A DNA stretch of 63,983 nucleotides, filler included, from Reticulomyxa filosa (lineage: Eukaryota; Protista; Foraminifera), in NCBI GenBank assembly GCA_000512085.1. It is 22 parts of 22 records of this genome, joined end to end, with 100 filler letters (N's around TTAATTAATTAA, not from the genome) between each part and the next. Parts side by side here need not be neighbours in the genome. Positions count along the whole stretch, not along the records: positions 57,202 to 63,983 come from ASPP01004989.1; 21 more parts are not named here. One strand, written 5' to 3'. Positions 60,201-63,983 of this stretch are shown piece after piece; positions within the stretch are counted from its first letter, which is position 1; each line of letters starts with the position of its first letter. Position numbers and translations under genes: made by a program. The notes beneath the pieces are model-generated. The model did not search any database and was not told the DNA's origin. It saw only the letters and a list, made by a program, of their open reading frames with translations.

Positions 60201-62098
60201 CACAAAAAGCTATTAGTTTCTTGCAGGATCAAGGATTCAAATCGATACAAGATGTAAAAGAACAGGGAAATCGGGAGCGAGAAAATCTTGCAAACTTACA
60301 AGAAAAATCAAAAAGTTTCAGACAAATTAAAGAAAAAGAAATATCAAAACTAAAAACACAATTGGAACAGTATGAAAGCATTAAAAAAGAATATTATCAA
60401 CAACAATCAAAGGGGGAAGGTCCCCTTGAGGTTGTCTCTGATTTTTTGAAGAACCACGGGTTTTCTGATAATGAACTTACAATATTGATAAATGATGAAA
60501 ATGAACTCATTAAAAAGATCAAACAATATGAGCAAGAGATTGACAGATGCAAAAATAATTTTGGGAATAATGGTGTCCTGAATGCTTCGAGGGTCGAGAA
60601 AGTGTTAACTTACTTGAAGGAATGCAAATCCGTTGTGCCCTCTTTTATGCGTACGGTGATAACTAGTTTCCGACCAGAGGATGGACAAAACGAAGACAAA
60701 CAAAGTAAAAAAGTGAATAATACATTGAAACAGGAAATTGCAGCAATGCATCATTTGGTGGAGAACTACTTGCGACATTATGCTGAATTTGTTCAAAGTC
60801 AACTTCGATTCTTGGCGTTTACAGAGACTGCATCCTCAGAATCTGAAAAAATGAAACTTCGGGAAAAAGTGGAAGCCATTGGTAATCGAGTGAACGAAGT
60901 GATGAAATTGGAAAAGCAAAATCCAATAATATTTTCATATTTTCCACAGGACATCGTAAGACAGTTTACCATCAAAGCGGAACAAATTTGGTTGAATCTG
61001 TCCGACGAAATGCTGAAATTATCCAAACACGGTAATTTGTCAGCATTGAAAGCCAAAATATTTGTGACCAAAACTTTAAGCACGTTGGATGAATATACCA
61101 AATCCGATTGCAAATTTCGCGTTTTGTATTTGAAATATCAAGAAATTCTGTTAAGCGATACCATTGATACCACTAAAGTGCGAGAAGCCATTGGAGGTCA
61201 TCGCTACACCGAAGTAGCTGCGGAAATGTTCACACTCAATCAGCGTGGAGATGAAAGTAACCATGCCGAGAGAGCATTGACAGATGCGAAGGTAATGTTA
61301 TCGCATTCCTTGAAAGTCTTGAGCAAAAACACAAAGACGAAGGTGGTGATGCTCAGAGATAATGAGGTTGATTTAGATCAGATTGCAAAAATAGAAGAGC
61401 AATTACGATGGATTGACGATGCAAAAACATTTGTGTTTGACTATCTAGATACAAATACTCAACATAAAATTGACAAGATGCAACGTAATATAAAATTGGA
61501 AATCGAAAAATGGTTGCTGAAAATACTGGCCAATGCCAGGACCGCGCTTGACTATTACCATTTTTGGGAGACAGAAGAAAAGATTAAACTTATTAAAAAA
61601 ACCCTTTCCATTTTAGGTGATCACTGCGAACATATCTCTTTGGATGACAGCAAGGAAGAAAAAGTGAAAGAAGAAACTAACAAAATTATCGACACTATCA
61701 ATGAACTTGAGAAACAGCTAGAATGTACTCTGAAACGTGTTGTAAATGAATACAAAAATATAAACCTGAGTGAGTGTCAATTCAACCCATACGCTTTTAA
61801 TCCCCCCAAAGATATTTATGCCAAGCTGAATAAAGCAATGCAGGCTACTGCAACACACAATTACAAAGAGGCATGGGATGAAATTCAACAAGATATTACC
61901 AAAAAGATCAGAGATCAATTGCTTGAGACTCACCAAAAAGTTCATTCTTTAAATGCGCGAGATATTGATATACGTATTCGACTTTGTGAATCGGTGCTGA
62001 ATTCATTGCCTGAACACATGCAGCCAATACTTAAGGCAGAAATCCTACACTGCCGAGAAGATATTAACTATGAAAGAGAGCACATGACAGAGTCATGA
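57203..62098 (+). CDS. Giant protein with an N-terminal TRAFAC-class P-loop GTPase (AIG1/septin-like) and a ~1300-aa alpha-helical region; frame open to the contig edge
   Basis: G1 GGTGAGKST (from 57659), G2-like SVT, G3 DTPG (57893), G4-like VFTK. 1627 uninterrupted codons. Confidence 0.85.
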   Translation, partial: KKRCLVIMKEDEQITWYPKNANDPNFRNELEKQDWKKYFEDLEQLIGISNRNEYLRENEKGEIIKNHEDLKAIWTDRYDDDKQCWLKLTVINANEIGKEDEKVPDEMPNMQSADSKNEQEEKRFNIKLMLELVKKAEEAEAQIKDKNVILFLGGTGAGKSTLIHFLSGSKMEQQTVNGIDHIAPVQIKNNSLSDVITKPGATSVTRYITAVPINLKEMDVIGDIGAVVLCDTPGFGDSSGPEVDVANGIGVIKALQSCKSVKPVVLISYIALGDRMEGVKDLARTLVGIMPSVEEHLNAFSYVFTKFPEDKKKKIHDLFKETYQSVTKDELDKGYKAVLKEIAKKTRKGVIAPDLLNDPPNELLEMFLEEKDFIPQPSSVFQPFLTTKSKFAVHLQVEKHKADILLVFKHRNYQSAKIKLDELCALNNVLKNDSIERDYNDCVKKLTQEWNEKIEQAKYAFNKCITSPHEINKEDVLAYETIMNELKSADQLRSHLKEAICADSLVQNLNGQIDDLLREIKNNINNPNELKIHLDKLMQIGNCFSQFATLYTQACQTLANHLMNYVNDAKEYINTNKFEEFRNNLEKIAKILPLQSNLISLFDIKTQITNLETLLLTHLNNEMNKGIAVIKKGMKKDSNSNKEDVSDPLLIPIEKLDKYDIEVLETSTASLETAMNVFELRCEHFNLSKPTTELLHALLNEIIIYFEKISQQAASLFEKKRYHAFDEIKEFVNVMDDLRKIKAVEQRTQRSYFQIIERIFGFVRDVHKDIDVMLPSLLKQDSSFDYNRLFDCIVCVDQSKWIDERQGGRSNKLMDDLKNKIIFYLHELQQSCQHLEFDIDHPDHLEQGRKIITYFEKLRKLESIIPEISNYRKEVAVQIEHAIRTNLSSIEYDFSLNTNNICDQKEIKEQLVKLKMYAEQINKANAYLEQKGLKSVQELDSRIKFAQEELTKCEIVFRQRIYEFDYEILTTDERITRLMKIDQNYQELDQRQSWITKSFSQKAISFLQDQGFKSIQDVKEQGNRERENLANLQEKSKSFRQIKEKEISKLKTQLEQYESIKKEYYQQQSKGEGPLEVVSDFLKNHGFSDNELTILINDENELIKKIKQYEQEIDRCKNNFGNNGVLNASRVEKVLTYLKECKSVVPSFMRTVITSFRPEDGQNEDKQSKKVNNTLKQEIAAMHHLVENYLRHYAEFVQSQLRFLAFTETASSESEKMKLREKVEAIGNRVNEVMKLEKQNPIIFSYFPQDIVRQFTIKAEQIWLNLSDEMLKLSKHGNLSALKAKIFVTKTLSTLDEYTKSDCKFRVLYLKYQEILLSDTIDTTKVREAIGGHRYTEVAAEMFTLNQRGDESNHAERALTDAKVMLSHSLKVLSKNTKTKVVMLRDNEVDLDQIAKIEEQLRWIDDAKTFVFDYLDTNTQHKIDKMQRNIKLEIEKWLLKILANARTALDYYHFWETEEKIKLIKKTLSILGDHCEHISLDDSKEEKVKEETNKIIDTINELEKQLECTLKRVVNEYKNINLSECQFNPYAFNPPKDIYAKLNKAMQATATHNYKEAWDEIQQDITKKIRDQLLETHQKVHSLNARDIDIRIRLCESVLNSLPEHMQPILKAEILHCREDINYEREHMTES

Positions 62099-62899
62099 GC
62101 TATTTGCTTGATGTAATAATCGTTCATTCAAAAAATCTTATTTTATTATTGCTTTGTACACTAATCCAAACATATCCAGCAAAATTCGAACAAGATCTGC
62201 GATTGTGATCCAGTTGACATAAAATAAAAACGTAGAAGAATTATCAAGCAGTGAAATCCAAGCTCCTCTATTTTATGAAAAGTGAAAAAAATTATCTGCG
62301 ACATAATAAGATAAGCAAAGTGCCACTTCAGCAAAAACATACTGGTATTATAATTTGTTTCCCAAAAAATCGAACACATTTAAATTTGAAGTTATCTCTC
62401 TTTTGAGCACGCAAAAATAAATCGACTAAAATGAACATCTACAAACATTCACAACTTTACAAAAATTAACGTCTTCTCGAAATCTTTAAAACAACTTAAA
62501 AAAAGAAAATTAAATTCGTACAATTCTTATTCTCCATTACTAAAAAAAAATTTTTAATCTTGACAAAAATTCGAACTTAAAAAAAAATGCTTTCACATTT
62601 CATAAAATATGTCACGCAGCCATTCACTCAAAAAATTATAAACATCAAATCTTCTAAACGAATCCAAAAAAAAACCAAATAATAAATCACACAATATAAA
62701 TAATACAAAAAAAAAACAAGCTCCATTTGTTTCGTATCATTGTGCTTCCTTTAAATGCCCTTTACAGAATTTCATTAGCCATTAATACTAAATATTCCGT
62801 TTAGTATTATTTTTTCTTGGTTCGCTATTTGTTCTATCATTACTTTTTCTCTTGTGTTCAAAAGTTCTTTACAACATATAGTACATGATATATTGGTTT

Positions 62900-63983
62900 T
62901 TTTCCATTCAATTTTGCACCATAAACACAATTTCTATTTTCTAATCGGTTGTCCGTTTTCTTTTACTGTTCTCCAGTTAAACTTTGGGTTCCCCGATAGA
63001 ACTTTGTCATCTTCAAAAAAGCACATCATTTCGTCGTTTATCCTTTTTTTAATCTCAATTATCAAAACTTTACCTGGTTACATGTCTGCGTTGTATTCTT
63101 TAGTATTTGTACTAATTGTTGGTTATATGCTTTTTTTTCCAGTTCGTTCAAGTCGTTATCATAATCTTTTTTATTTATCTTTTTTTACAATTGTTTTCCA
63201 TTCACTTTCTGCCAAATATGTTAGTGGGAAATACTAGTAATTTATCATTATAATGACCAGCAGTATTTTAAATGTATCTATGTTGATTGCTGTCAGTAAT
63301 TTTTTATTTTATTTTATGTTTGTTGTATACTTATGTATTTTTGTTAATACGTAATCTTATTCTTATATCATGATTCTACTCAACAGTTTATCACTTTTGT
63401 ATACGTTAAACTAATTTATTATGAATAAATATTGGTTTCTAGCATATAGTGATTGAATTTCAGTTAACACATGAATTACTGTTCTTTATGTGGTCATGTA
63501 CAATCTTAAAATAATGCTTTGATAAGTTCATTAATAATGTATGCAATTGTCTTAATAACATTGTTATGTGCCCGAATTCAATTATGGATCTAATTGTTTA
63601 TTTGTAGAATTTTATTTGGATCGTCAGGTCCAATTCTCATCAGAGGATGCCTAACAAATGGCTTTGGAATATAGCGGTATTCACATTAACAGTACATTCA
63701 GTTACATGCTCCATACATGATAGTGTATTTGTGTTAAATATGATACCAAGGTATTTGATGATATTGTTTGTATTTTTTATTTGTAGATGATTTTCTACTA
63801 GCATCAGTCTTGATTCTTAGTCATTCTTTGTATTTGACAGATGTTCTCAATTGGATTTAAGTCTTGACGTCTTTTGTAGTTTCGTACTTTCCAGAAACAA
63901 GCTATTTCAAAATTTTAAGCTGAACTCGCAAAGGAATCTTCTATGACATGCCAGATCCAGCTTTTCTTTTTACGGTTCCATTA
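62900..63983 (-). mobile_element. Decayed non-LTR (LINE) retrotransposon ORF2 fragment
   Basis: Minus strand gives IIKYLGIIF (~63735-63760; RT thumb YLG motif), then IKFYK*TIRSIIEFG (63571-63615; post-RT LY...IR..LEYG motif). Many stops and frameshifts. Confidence 0.65.

Noticed and set aside
63571-63615. Stop-codon reassignment suggested by in-frame TAA within motifs
   Set aside because: Long conserved exons and the 1627-codon ORF contain no internal TAA/TAG/TGA, and all three codons end genes; the stops occur only in decayed sequences.

Overview
This window is not one locus. It is 22 unrelated contigs joined by 21 artificial 100-nt spacers (N44-TTAATTAATTAA-N44, stops in all six frames), so adjacency across a spacer carries no biological meaning. 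Twenty contigs are AT-rich, intron-containing eukaryotic DNA. Their gene-family mix (Kelch, pentapeptide+WD40, 38-aa HEAT-like repeats, RGS, many frameshifted paralogues) points to a foraminiferan such as Reticulomyxa; this is an inference, not a search result. Recognisable eukaryotic genes: a ~9 kb multi-exon BEACH (neurobeachin/LRBA-like) gene, alpha-SNAP, PF20/SPAG16, a SPEF1-like C-terminus, PA200/Blm10, a BIG/Sec7 ARF-GEF C-terminal fragment, a tandem-SAM protein, an RGS protein and a >1600-aa P-loop GTPase with a long helical tail. Two high-GC contigs are bacterial, probably alphaproteobacterial (mlrC-like end + prs; dctM end + udh). Non-coding highlights: a ~190-nt GC-elevated, highly pairable element with a tRNA/tmRNA-like 3' end (21610-21800), a complete TA-flanked MITE with ~170-bp TIRs (32205-32717), decayed LINE fragments, a GC-AG intron, and introns ending in A-rich tracts instead of polypyrimidine tracts.
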